Positions 23,005 to 35,180 of a stretch of 64,000 bases of DNA are shown piece by piece. Under the pieces are notes generated by a model. That model saw nothing but the letters and a program-made list of their open reading frames with translations, did not search any database and was not told the DNA's origin. The DNA lies in NCBI GenBank assembly GCA_010909165.1, contig MU008168.1:62001-126000 (forward strand), read 5' to 3'. The number at the start of each line of letters is the position of its first letter. The stretch's first letter is position 1. This DNA comes from Anthoceros angustus. Taxonomy: Eukaryota > Plantae > Anthocerotophyta. Both the position numbers and the translations under genes were made by a program.

Positions 23005-23751
23005 ATGGCGATGGCGGTGCGGGTCGTATCCCGCCAGCTCCTGCTGCTCGTCGTTCTTGCCATAGCGCACGAGGCGTCCGTGGCTTCAGCAGCCTCGGTC
23101 CTGCACAGCTCGGGGGGAGACGGCAAGGTGTTGGTGGAGATGTATTCGGAATCTTTGTGCCCCTACTGCAGAAACTTCATCGTGAACTACCTGAGCAAAT
23201 TCTTCGAGAACGGCCTGATAGACGTCGTGGATCTGCGGATCATCCCCTACGGCAACGCGCATGTCTACGACGACGGCTCCATGATCTGCCAGCACGGGGA
23301 GGACGAGTGTCGGTTGAACGTGATCCAGACCTGTGCCATCAGCCTGTGGCCGGACGTGTCCCAGTGGTTCCCCTTCGTCTACTGCCTGGAGGCTCTGGAC
23401 GGCGCGGTGGCCTACCAGCAGTGGACCAGCTGCGTGGAGCCGTCCGGCCTGGATCTGCGTCCTCTGGTGGAGTGCTTTCTGGGACCTTTGGGAGCGCAGT
23501 TGGAGCTGCAAAATGCGCAGGAGACGGACAGCTTGAATCCGCCTCACCGGTATGTGCCCTGGGTGCTGGTGAACGGAACGCCTCTGCTGGACGAGTACTT
23601 GGACGTGGCCAGATTCGTGTGCGAGGCTTACCAGGGTGCCAAGCCCAAGCCTGCGGTGTGCACCGAAATTCAGCGTTTAGGATCAGGTATCTCGTCGAGC
23701 GCTCGTGAAGCGGGGGTTTCCCGCGCCGGATCTGCTCATTTTAGTGCATGA
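23005..23751 (+). CDS. GILT: Gamma-interferon-inducible lysosomal thiol reductase (GILT) family, intronless
   Basis: Signal peptide, YSESLCPYC active site, PYGNA, CQHGEDECRLN signature, HRYVPWVLVNG. Confidence 0.93.
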   Translation: MAMAVRVVSRQLLLLVVLAIAHEASVASAASVLHSSGGDGKVLVEMYSESLCPYCRNFIVNYLSKFFENGLIDVVDLRIIPYGNAHVYDDGSMICQHGEDECRLNVIQTCAISLWPDVSQWFPFVYCLEALDGAVAYQQWTSCVEPSGLDLRPLVECFLGPLGAQLELQNAQETDSLNPPHRYVPWVLVNGTPLLDEYLDVARFVCEAYQGAKPKPAVCTEIQRLGSGISSSAREAGVSRAGSAHFSA

Positions 23752-24327
23752 ATTTATGTGCATCGGAAGGTCTGCGGATTTTTTGCGTCTTTCATTTGTT
23801 AATTTAGACATAGTACCTAGGTAGGTAAGGATAAGACACTTGGTGGACGTATCTGTCTGGTTCTGTATAGTTTTAGTTCTGGGGCTGTTGGCCGTGCGTG
23901 TTGGGAAGGGATGCAACTGGGGTCCGGTACAGACACTAGACAGCTGGTTGACATGTTGCTACGGAGGGCAGTAGGACACGGATATGAAGCCACTAGCCTT
24001 TTGTCAATGGGAGCAGTTGGTGAAGTACTATCCATCTGGGAGACGATTTTGTCAGTAGGTTTGGTGCATTCATCGAGGGCAGCCACTGCAAGTATACCTA
24101 ACCCCACCAAGACCTTCCTGATGCCCCCACCACTTCCAGGTCCTTGCTGATTCCCAGCACAACTGCGAGATTTTGGTTTACATCTGGATCAGGAGGGGCA
24201 CAGCAGCTGCTGAGTTGAGGTCATGTCCGGTACACGAGGACATGTGACTTTCTTTGTCCTTTCTCCAAACAAGCTTCTGTCAGAGCAAGCAACCCGGGTA
24301 ATGAAATGCATGGTTTCACCAACCCAA

Positions 24328-25377
24328 CTACCACCATTGGTGAACAAGGACACCATTGCGGCGCAAAGCCTGGAACAGAGCTAAGCAATCTTGGTAAGTC
24401 TTGGGGAACTTGGTGGTCCTCTCAGGGCAGCACCTTTGCCACCGATTGTAGTGGCATTCCAGGAAGAACTCGTCGATGAGGCAGATGGCTCCTGTGTCAA
24501 ACAGCTTGGGGAGGAGGTCGAACTCTGTGCCTTCCACGTCCATCTTCACCACCAAATAGTCATCTCTTGTCACGCTCTTGTGCAACCAGTCTGCTATGTC
24601 GAATCCTTCCACTGTAATGTAGTTGTCCCTTTGAGAGCTTGAGATGGTCCGCTTTCCCACCTCCCCGATTTTGCTTTGAATCCGGCCCATACCCCCGCGT
24701 TCATCCTTGTTGGTCCCAAAGAAGAGAGTCTCGTTCCTGGTCCATGCTGCATACGGAAGAAACTGCACATCAGGATGGCCAGCATACCCTCTCCGGAACC
24801 TTGTGTCTGCCTCTACGGCGAGGATCTGGAACGCCTGCCCTTGCTTCGGGTATTGTTTCTTGAACCAGCTGCCGATGCTAGACCCATAGTTCCGGGCCCC
24901 TATGTCGACATACACATGCCTGGTGTAGCGGGTGAGATCCTGAAGGGCGGGAAGGTAGACAATGTTCTGGATGTTCTTTTTCAAGGTGATCCATGGTTTC
25001 AGGGGCTCTTCCACAATCAAGGGCTCGGCGCTCCTGATGGCGGAAGCCTTCTTATCGCTCACAGGACAAAGATGGAAGGCATCTTCCACTCTGCCTCTCC
25101 GGTCCTTGCCCTGCCCCATTCTTGCCTGTTGCAGGTTGAGCACTTTCTCGGAAAGAAGCTGCTCATGCGGCCTGCCTGATGTGCCTTCACCACCCACTGC
25201 TTTGAACCTCCAGAGGGCACACTCCACTGCCGTCTCACCCCCGACGCAACAGCCCTCGTAGAGCACCACAAGCAGAGGCACCGCAGCAAGGGCCAGCGCG
25301 CATAATAAAGCCCGCAGCAGAAACCTCCTCGGCTGACATCGGAAATCCAGTCTGCTGCCGCTGCTGCCCGTCCTCAT
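24328..25377 (-). CDS. Membrane-anchored SAM-dependent methyltransferase, FkbM-like domain (At5g01710-type family)
   Basis: N-terminal TM segment; VYVDIGARNYGSSIGSWFKKQYPKQ, FLPYAAW.RNETL, VVKMDVEGTEFDLLP, IDEFFLECHYNRWQRCCP, C-terminal VLVHQWW. First ATG is 25377. Confidence 0.88.
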   Translation of the reverse strand: MRTGSSGSRLDFRCQPRRFLLRALLCALALAAVPLLVVLYEGCCVGGETAVECALWRFKAVGGEGTSGRPHEQLLSEKVLNLQQARMGQGKDRRGRVEDAFHLCPVSDKKASAIRSAEPLIVEEPLKPWITLKKNIQNIVYLPALQDLTRYTRHVYVDIGARNYGSSIGSWFKKQYPKQGQAFQILAVEADTRFRRGYAGHPDVQFLPYAAWTRNETLFFGTNKDERGGMGRIQSKIGEVGKRTISSSQRDNYITVEGFDIADWLHKSVTRDDYLVVKMDVEGTEFDLLPKLFDTGAICLIDEFFLECHYNRWQRCCPERTTKFPKTYQDCLALFQALRRNGVLVHQWW

Positions 25378-25491
25378 ATCTGCTGGATCTGTATCTGAGG
25401 CGAAGGCATCCAATCCAATCCAGCTCCCGTCCCTGAACCAGAATGTTCTCCTTCCCTGCAATGCCAGCAGGCTCCTGATGCCAAGCTCCTG

Positions 25492-25626
25492 CTAGCGCGC
25501 ACAAAAGCGAGCCGATGTGTGATTACCACCCACCAGAATCCTCCATGCTTGCTGCGGGCATCCCGACCAGACCCGGATCGCTTGCTGCTGCCTGGACAGT
25601 TCCGGCTCCATCATCCGCCCACTCAT
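25492..25626 (-). promoter_or_regulatory. Putative conserved-peptide uORF (44 aa) in the methyltransferase leader
   Basis: MSGRMMEPELSRQQQAIRVWSGCPQQAWRILVGGNHTSARFCAR* ends 114 nt before the main ATG; angiosperm members of this family carry CPuORFs. Confidence 0.55.
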
Positions 25627-25888
25627 AGATCGCAAGCGAGCACGCGCTCAGAAGAGGGCGCAGGAGAAGCCTGACCTCATCACGGAGCCTTGGAAGAGAA
25701 AAAGTGGGCCGCTGGTGATCATTGTCCGGACTGGGGACTCGTTGGGACTAGGAGGTAGCTCTGCTGCGGCGCCGGAACCTGTTTCTTGGGGGCGCATTAG
25801 GGGAGCGATTACTGGGACCTGTTAAAGCCGGGGATTATGGAGCCAGAGTGAGACTTTGTGGGGAGGACCACATTCAACTCGACACAAG

Positions 25889-26760
25889 ATGGCGGCTGCA
25901 CTAACCTGCTGCACCTCCTGGTGTCCAGTGTCCTCGAGGAGCATACGGTGTGGAGCGCCATCCACTGCCCATGGGCCTGCTCCGGAGCTGCCAGCTGCGG
26001 TGCGGGTGCGGACCAGCGTGGAGGACTGGCGATCCCACATTCGGCAAAAGGCCAGCCTCGCTGTGTTGCTGCCTCTTGCCGCCTGCACCGTCTTCACCTC
26101 CTGCATAGATTCAGGTACCTACAGTGCAGCCCCATGTCCATGTCAGTGGACATTTCCTGCAAATCTACATCTACAATGTGTCCTCTTTCACGAAGCTTGT
26201 TAGGTATGATGGGTGCGTTTTGATGACATACCTTCTTGCTCTAGACTAACCTTCTGTACTGAAGTGCAGCTGAAGCTGGTATACTCTCAGGAATCCCCGG
26301 GATCGGTTCCTTTGATTTGCCCTCTTTACCTTCGGCTCCAGACATTGTGAAGCAAATCCAAGGTGCATTTTCTTGTTCAGCTACATCACCTTGTTGAGGG
26401 CTAGTCGACATGCCATTCCTCATCGTCGGCCCTCATCCGCAGATTCCAACAAGAAGAGGTACGAGGACAGGGATGCACAATTCAAGTCGTCCCCACTGGT
26501 TCAAGAACTTCTGAGGAAATCAAAGGAGAATGCAGAATTGTTCGTATCGTGCTTGCAGATCCAAAAGTTTGTGTCGCATTCCACACCTGTCCCATGGCAG
26601 GTTAACCTACGAGTTCTCTTTGTGCAGGCATAGAAAGGAAATACAAGACAAGTACTGTGCCCGGGGGGCTGAATGGGGGGTAGGAGATTGTGCCCTTACA
26701 GGCATGTCACAAGCGGAGAGGGATGCCTTCTTTGAAGCACTGCGTAAAGGGAAACAATAA
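25889..26760 (+). CDS. Small plastid/thylakoid protein, PsaN-like family (At1g49975-type), 4 exons
   Basis: Transit peptide with AEA lumen-type site; NKKRYEDRDAQFKSSPLVQELLRKSKEN...EIQDKYCARGAEWGVGDC. Confidence 0.75.
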
Positions 26761-26793
26761 ATCGTTCTACATCTACGGTGGTCAATTGAGGGA

Positions 26794-29305
26794 CTATGCC
26801 CCGCTTAGCGGAAAAGATCCTTGAAATAGACTGGGAACATATGGGTTCTCCACTGGGATCACCTCCTTCGTCACCACTGTCTTGTCTGGCCGCAGAACAA
26901 CCATCGACAAGGACACTCCAACCTTGTCACTTAGGACTTCGCCGATCTGTACAATACAAAACGAGTCCGACGGTCAGGTTCACGAACATGTGCACGTCGA
27001 ATGCGAAACTAAATTAGTGAACCATGAGCAGAAGCAAACCGCAGCATGTGAGCTGATTGGTTGTCCGTCGAGTCTGACTATTACATCTCCTGGCATTATA
27101 CCAGCTCTTTGTCCCGGAGAACCTTGCTTGACCTGCCAAGAAAATGTCACTAAAAGCTTTCAGTTCTAAGCCACGTAAATTTCATTTTGCAGATTCGAAG
27201 ATCTGCTGTTACCTCTGTGACCAGAACACCTTCTACGACATGTGGAAGTGTGAGTTTGTACTGGTCAATGTTGGAGGCAGTGATATCCAACGTGGCCACT
27301 CCAAGCCATGGCCGTATTACACGCCTGCAAAAAACAAAATAGGAAATTGAGAGAATCTCAGAAACCGCACCTTAAAATCAAAAGAGGAGAGCAAGTCCGT
27401 CTTCCTCAAAAACCCTGAAAATTGCGGCTTGAAAATACAAAGTGGAACAGAAGGCAGACAAACCCATGGGTCTTCAACTGCTGCAGAACTTTAACTACTG
27501 TGTCAACCGGAATTGCGAAACCAAAATCAGTTCCAGCCTCCTTGAAGGTGTTCATCCCGATCATCTCCCCATCAAGATTAACCAGAGGCCCTCCAGAGCT
27601 ACCCTAACAAAAACAAACAAAGCTTTTTCAGTAGCTCACGTTGGGAGATGACTCCCCTGCAGCTCTGACCTAAGACCAAACTTTACCTGAGTAATTTTCA
27701 CATTTATCTGGATAAAGTCTGTGTAAGGTCTCCCCACAAGACCGAGTTCTGAGCTTGTCCGGGCCACATTACTGGGCACCACAGCCATAGAAAGGAAGTA
27801 AGAGCTTCAAGACGTGGACAACTACTGACTACAGGCCGTGCTTCTCTACCCAGCTTTCCTAACCACCAGTGGATTTCAGCTGCTTCCTAGTGACAAGTGG
27901 ACTTGGACACTTAAGGAATACATACCCGATGATGCCAGCTGTTACTGAATTCTGGAAAGAATTAGGACTCCCCAGCGCGATGACCATATCACCAGGCCTG
28001 AGGGCCCCAGATGAGCCGAACGCAATAGTAGGCAAAGGGGTGCTGGAGTTGACCTTAACAACTGCAACATCTGATGATGCATCGTAGTGTACAACCACCC
28101 CCTCAAGTCTCCTTCCATCTTGCAAAGTCACAAACAACTTCCCTGAATTCATGAGAACACACAAAGAGTTGTCAGCACATCCTCACAGCTAGGCAGCAGC
28201 AAGGAAAACCATGGTTTCCAAAACCAAATGACCTGTGCTCATCACCACGACAAATCAGCAAGGAACCATATTAGCAAATGTATAAGCCCACGGCCAAAGT
28301 GTCACAGACAAGTCATTCACAACATTGCTACGTGCTGCTCACCGATAGGTTCATTTCCATAAGCCATGTTGTTGATGGGGCCATTCGGGAACACGAACTA
28401 CACATCAGCAATCAGCTACTTTATTGGTCGATCATCACACCAGATGTCGAGCAGTCTGACTTACAATTGACAGAATGCCCAACCCTCAAACTCATACCTT
28501 AGATTGGCGTTTAGTCGTCAGGAGAGGAGCAATAACGTGATAATTCGTCAGAATAGTGCCGTCTGCACTTATGATGCTTCCAGAACCGTTCAGTTTCGTA
28601 ACATAACCCCAACTTCCTGCAAACAATCTGGATCAGCAAAAGGAATCACAGCAGCAGAATAAGAACCTGAATTTAACATTCACATTGCCAGAGTACTAAT
28701 TGACCGTATTCCCGCCTCCTCTTACCAATGACCACTTCAAGATGCACAACAGCAGGTGCAGCTCGGGCAGCAGCGTCAGGAATGGTATCTCTGGTTAAGC
28801 AGGTTGCACACTTGGATTCCTCTGAGGCTTGTGCAAATGCGCTCTGAACTAAAGGAAGTTGGTCCACACTCCAGTTTTGTGACACTGAGTTCACTGCCTC
28901 GTCGCCGAGGAAAAACGATGTTCTCCGGTGGTTTCTCTGCAAACAAGCTGTGAAGACCTCAGATTAAGACCTGACCCGAGAATCCAGGCACACCATAACC
29001 AAGGCATGTTCTCCTTGTAGCACGACCAGCTTACGATATGGGAAAAGAGACCCTGAGAGCTTGGCACGTACCTTGCTGGCTCAAAGTTTGCAAGCGGAAA
29101 CCAGTAGCGAAATCTTGCATCAGCTTGGGAGCTTCACCTTGTTGTTCACCTTGCCCATCCAGTGTATCCTCCAGCTCAATAACCGAAACATTCCAATGTG
29201 TCAACTTCTCCGAGGGCGCATCTCCTAAAGCCACATTGTACTGATCACTGTGTGCAGCAATTTAACATCCGAGATGAACACCAGAAAAATCAGGATACAC
29301 ACCAT
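26794..29305 (-). CDS. Deg/HtrA serine protease with one PDZ domain (DEG14/HtrA2-like), multi-exon
   Basis: NGSGSII..ILTNYHVI (His), DVAVVKV (Asp), LRPGDMVIALGSP..NSVTAGII, GSSGGPLVNLDGE (Ser), RPWLG, PDZ GSPGQRAGIMPGDVI. Start is approximate. Confidence 0.88.
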
Positions 29306-29664
29306 GCCGATAGTCTGAGACGAGGAAACTTCCTGGTCCCAGGAGCAATCCGGTGGCCACGCCAAGGCTCGTCGCGGCGAATCGCGCCATTTGGGTCACC
29401 TGTGACAAAGCCTTCATTCAAGAAGCCCATCGGAACTAACATGGAGTTTTTGTTCGATTACAAAGGCTGGGCTAAAAGCTCCACCCGGAGAATGAGGACC
29501 AAAAAGTAAATGCTTAGATTGGTTCAAGCAATAAAATTATTCGATTTTTAATTTATTCGATATATTATTAGATTTTTAGATTATTAAATTTTTAATTTAT
29601 TCGATATAATTTTATTTTCTTTGAGAAAAAATCTAATTTTATAGTTTTATAGTGACAATCCCCA

Positions 29665-30494
29665 CTTTGATACCACTTAAGTAACACCCCCCTTTTTAGA
29701 GAGATGGGACAATTAGAAGCACCAACACCCACCATATACCAGCAATCCAAGTAGCCCACCGTCCTTCCAAGGGACAACTCGCAGACAACACCTCCGCTGC
29801 TGCTCTTTACTTCAGCAAGAGTCAATAAGAATACATAAGAGATCAGAAAGAGCTCACCAAAGTTAGGTCCATAGCTCTCGCTCCCCTTAATCTCCTCCAC
29901 CAAAGTGAGGCACAAGTACTAGCATGCCCCCTCTTTGCTTAGAGCTTAAGGAAAGTAACCAAATTGCTTTAGGTAGTTATTTGGGGGTGAAGTATGCCTC
30001 CCTATCTAAGGGATGCACTCACCACATATCTTACTAAACTAGATCTAGGGTTGCATGCCTCTCATGCATGGCTCCTTACTTCATAGATAACAAGGAAATT
30101 GCGTAAACGAGATTGAACACCACCACTTTATCTCCTCGGAAGAAAGCCACTTGATTACCAGCAATGTAGCTCTGAAAGCGTCAGTCGTGTAAGATCTAAC
30201 ACACAAACCTAACCAAGTTGGAGTTCCACAAGACTATTGCAATTCATAGTACGTGTGTAAGATCTTATCCGCAAACCTAACCAAGTTGGGGTTTCACAAG
30301 GCTATCGCAATAGAGCTGTAAAACCAATTGTAAAAGGCTTTGCCAAATAACTTGATTGATTAATTAATTGATTATTTCTCTTGTTTGAGTTTTAGCTTCA
30401 AACTTATTAATTAGTTGATTATTTCTCTTATTTGATGATTCTTGAGCAGCAAGACTAGCAGGGCTGTAGGCTGAATCATTCCTCATGTGTCACA
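29665..30494 (-). mobile_element. Degenerate LTR with adjacent tRNA-iMet primer-binding site (LTR retrotransposon remnant)
   Basis: CTTTGATACCA at 29665-29675 (reverse complement TGGTATCAAAG, PBS-like) followed by GTAACAC; matching inverted end GTGTCACA at 30487-30494. AT-rich and non-coding, with an internal ~60 bp duplication (~30187 and ~30255). Confidence 0.55.
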
Positions 30495-31348
30495 CACTAT
30501 GTTGACTGACTGAGAAGACTTTCCCCCACCACTTTGTGACTTGGGTTTATTTATGCTAGATCCATAGATCTATGGATCCTTCTATTATCCGGAGATTGAA
30601 ATAAAATCCCATTAGCAGTTAGCATCCAAATAATAAGAAATGAGCCTGAACATTATGTTTTAATGGGTCTACGTTTTAATGGGTCCTTGGGTACATGTGT
30701 ACACGGAATAGCTGAGATTCAAGAATGTTAAGACTTCAAGTGGACAAACCATCAAACCATAAACCAACTACATAAACATTCCATGATAGCATGACATAGC
30801 TATTAGCAGTCCACAAGTGATTGACATAGATTGAAATACGGTATTTACAATAGTTATTATCCATATGAATACCGAGATTAAAAAAAATATGTGTGCTATA
30901 AATAAAGCCTTAGCCCATGTAGGAATAAGTAACCCGGGGTGACGCCGGGAAAGAGACGGCCCAGGTGTAGCTCCCGCAGGAAAGTGTCGCGGAAGAACGA
31001 CAATATTACGAGCACAAGGGGGACAGTTGGAGCATATGCTGGATTTAATCCCAATCGGGCAAGCATCTGAGCATATCCTCCAAGCTGTCCACCAGCGTTA
31101 ATCGCTAAGATGATGGTTACAATTTTAGTTACATTAGGAGGCAGGGTGGGCGGCCCCCCATCCGAGCAGGGACGGGGTCTCGCGGGGAAACGGATATGGT
31201 GAAGGCTGGACGCTGGACGCTGGACGCTGGACGCTGGACAGGAGTCAGGAGTCAAGGACGCAGCGCAGGTGACCAAGTCTGGTCTAGAAGTTCCTAATAG
31301 GAAGGTGGGAATTGTCAAATCGGGATGCAGGTTTAGTTCACCACAGCG

Positions 31349-34300
31349 ATGTCAGTGGAGGCGCTAAAAACGGAGTGTGTGGGTGAGTGGAAGACTGTGG
31401 GCCTGGGCCGAGTGAGGCGTCAACGGGGACCACCTTCCTCCGAGCTGAACGACGCCCCCAGGACGGAGGCCGACCTGAGACACCAAAAACAGGCATCCTC
31501 GGCGGAGGCATCATGCACCAGCTCCGACAGCCCGCCCCCGCCCCGCTCTCTTCCTCCTCCTCGCACTCTCGGCCTCCGCCTCCGCCTCCCCCTCCCCCTC
31601 CCCCTCCGATCTGCAATGCCTCTCGGGAATTTCAGGACCGCGTTCCGTCGGGAATTGGCGGACGACCCGGATCACTTCTACCCGCTCCGCACCGATGCCG
31701 TCGACACCACTCGCAGCCGGTTTCGGCTCAAGGTGGGGGTCTCTTTCGGTCGGACCTGGGTGGTGGGTTCGGCGGAATTGCGAGATCCGGTGCCGCCTGT
31801 TTGATCTGGAAATGCTGGTCGTGTCGCAGTCTGTTTTGCCCCCCGGGACGGTCTGGGTGGCTGCGGTGGGTGCGTGGGGGGGAGCATTGCGTTTGTGGGT
31901 GTCTGTGGAGTGGTCGGGAGTGGTGCATTCTGCGTGCTTGTTGGACTGACGGTGGTGGGCGGTTTGTCGGTGTTGGTGGGTTCTTGGCAGCCTGGGAAGA
32001 CGCTCAGTCCCAGGTACTGGCGTGCGGCGTTTAATGGGGAGGGGCAATTGGACATGAGGAAGGTTCTGAAGCGGGTGCAGCGAGGGGTGGGTGGTTGGAT
32101 TCGGCTGATGCTGCTTCTTCTTCTGCAGTGCGCGCCGAGGAGGGAGCTTGACTTTGTTGTGGGGAACTGTCCAGGGCGTGCATCCGGATATCAGAGGAGA
32201 GGTGTGGGAGTTCCTGCTGGGATGCTTTTCTCCTACAAGTACGGGGGAAGAGCGTGCCATTCTTCGATTGTCTCGCAGGTTGGACAGTTGTTCAGTCTTG
32301 GGGTAGAAGGCAGGCCGTTTGAGGGTGAGGGGTTTTGATGATTGAGAATTCCGTCAGCCTGTATCTTCCCTGGCACCTAGAAGCAGCCCTTTTTTCAAGA
32401 ATTTAGGTTCCGCATGAGAACATCTCTCTGGGAATAGTGAGCTTTCTAGCATGTGTGAAGGTTTGCTGTACTGTGAGGTCTGCTGCAGTCCTCAACTTGA
32501 GCTGGTGTGTCTCTGAAGGCGTGTGCACCACATTTGTGATGCAGAGCGCAATATGCGAAGTTGAAAGCGGAGTGCCAGGCTTTGGATTCCGCTGTAGGCA
32601 GTGGTGTAGTTGTCACTTTGCCACGGACTGAGGGAGGGGTCGATTTGTCTGCACCTCCTTCTGAAGAAGGTGGGACGGGCAAATTCAGAAGAAATGAATA
32701 CTGAGTGCATTAGGGCATGGCTTCACTGGCGTTCATTCTGTCCTGCTCTTGATTTTTCCAACGGGTTCCTGAGCTTAACCTCGCTCTGCCTCGGAACAGA
32801 GTCCTTGGGCTCCCCGGCCAATGACGTTGACCTACTAGAGAAAGTGATCCAGTGGAAAACTCTCTTGCACCAGATAGGTGAGAGATGGTTGCAGTGGAAT
32901 AGGCTAGTCTGGTAGTCGTTTACTCTGAAACTCTTAACGTTCCAGCTGTCATCGTGCCAAGCAATTTAGCCTTGGAGAATGACTGCTGAGATCTGTGCAG
33001 GGTTGGATGTAGTACGGACAGATCGGATGCTGGAGTTTTATGAGGATCTCAAGAATCAGGCTAAGCTGAGTGACATTCTGGCTGTTTATGCCTGGTTGGA
33101 TCCAGAGATTGGCTACTGTCAAGGTAAATGTTGTCTGTTCACAAAGGAGTATGCTCTCATGAGGTGCACCTCGATATGCTGTAGGAGGAGAAAGGGTACC
33201 TGTATGTGAAAGTCTAGTAACCCCTAGTGTTGTTTTTGGCATCATCTTGTGTTCCAGGAATGAGCGATTTTTGTTCACCTATGGCAATGCTTTTGGCCAA
33301 CGAGGCTGATGCATTTTGGTGCTTCGAACGCTTGATGCGAAGAGTGGTGTGTGTTATTGCCAAGTTAATGATTCATGAAGTCGGAAGTGCAGCCATTACG
33401 TTCATTTCTCAAAATGAATTTTGCTATTCTTACGATTGCATCTCCTGCAGAGGGACAATTTCAAGGCTACAAGTACATCAGTTGGTGTGCAAAAGCAGCT
33501 GGCAAAACTTGGAGCCATCATTGGGCTGACAGATCCCAAGCTGCATGGACACCTCGGTGAGCACTGGGCCTGACACTGTGTGGAACACGATGTCTGGAAT
33601 GGTGGCCTGGAAAAATGCTGATTGCTTTGAACATGTGCAGATGCAATTGGTGGTGGCGACTACTTGTTTGCCTTGAGAATGGTCATGGTTCTCTTTCGAC
33701 GAGAGTTGTCATTTGCAGATACTATTTATTTGTGGGAGGTCACTCTCACAACTCATACCCAGCTTTCGCTTGACCCGCTAAGCCATATGTATCTTGCAAC
33801 AAGCCACACCTTTCTTGTGGCTCTGTGACCACCTGGTGCCCCTATCTCAGTGTCTTCGTGCCTGTTTCAGATGATTTGGGCAATGGAATATAACTCGGAG
33901 CTCATGGCATTGTACGGTGAAGAGAGCTTTGCAGAGAATGTTGGCCTGGATAGCTTCGGAAGCAGGAAGCATAGCAGATCAGCTGTCGTAGCAGGGAAAT
34001 TTGAGAAACAGGTTGCAAAGTATGCCCCCAAGCTGGAAGGCGATATGCCTTTGGCAATCTTTTGTGCCGCTGCTATCTTTGAAACAATGCGAAGACAACT
34101 AAAGGAGACAGAAGGCATCGATGGCGTTGTGAAGGTGAGTTTTGTCTGCCGCTGATACTCCACTTCTTCTGTTGTTCTCGACAACACTGCGCCCATAATT
34201 TGTGCCTATCCACTGTCAAGACTGGCATCTCCTGGTGATTGCAAAACAAAGCAAAAAGAAACGTGCAGCATAACAAGCCATTAGCCCATCCATGCTGATC

Positions 34301-34551
34301 CACCAGTTTCCCTTCTGTGTAGCTTCTAAATGATGCGACGGGACATGTCGACGCGAAGGCAACTTGCAAGAAAGGATTGAAGCTGCACAAGCAGTACCTA
34401 GCCAAGGTTTGTTGCTTTGTCCCGAACATTTTCCTGTGATCCCTGCATGTGTACAAGGAAACCAGTGGGTCCTTGGGGGTTGAAATACAGTTTATGCCAA
34501 GTGACTAGGCATTCTTTGTCTGTGCAGGCAAAGAAAGTAGCAACCGATTAA
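31349..34551 (+). CDS. TBC-domain Rab GTPase-activating protein (multi-exon)
   Basis: GKTLSPRYWRAAFNGEGQLD, GVHPDIRGEVWEFLLGCF, IGLDVVRTDR (Arg finger), IGYCQGMSD (Gln finger), EADAFWCFERLM, LFRRELSF..LWE. Confidence 0.93.
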
Positions 34552-35180
34552 TTATTCGTGGGGACACATAAGGGAAGCTTGCCTCAGAAGCTGTGCAGCT
34601 GCGGCAACGAAACCCAGTGTCCCACATCTGCAGGATCCATGATCAGAGCAAACGAGATAGAACAAGAGCGTAAGCGACGAGTCCGTTTCACATTCCAGGA
34701 AACGGCTATCCAGCTACGCCAAGCTCCTTCCGTTGGTGCCTTAGCACAGCAGGTGCCCCCCATTCATCGTCAGAGAAGATTCAAACTTCTCTCCAAGAAA
34801 TAACTCGTCTTTGCAGAACGCAGAGGCCTTGCATTCCGTCGTGTGGAAGATCGCTGGGAGGTGAGAACTACTCCAGGACTGCAAAGTGCTTACCAGGTGT
34901 GTGTGCAAGTGCACAGAAGACAGCCCGCTCGGTGGGAACCGAGACAGCAGGACCATTTAGGTGAAGTATACGTACATGGACATTTGTGGGGCCAGCCCGG
35001 CGCCAATGTCAAGCTGTAGCCCTGTGACACTCAAGATTTTTTAAAGAGTTTCGAGAAAGTTTACGAACTTTTGGGCCCTGACGAAAACGTTGATCACGGG
35101 GCATTCGAAGCCGCGCATCGAGGCCCCTCTTCCTGTGCGGACGTTCCTTTCGGGCTCGAAGGTCCGAGCTCCGCAGGGCC

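Noticed and set aside
31204-31240. (GCTGGAC)5 heptamer run
   Set aside because: Simple promoter microsatellite with nothing supporting a function.
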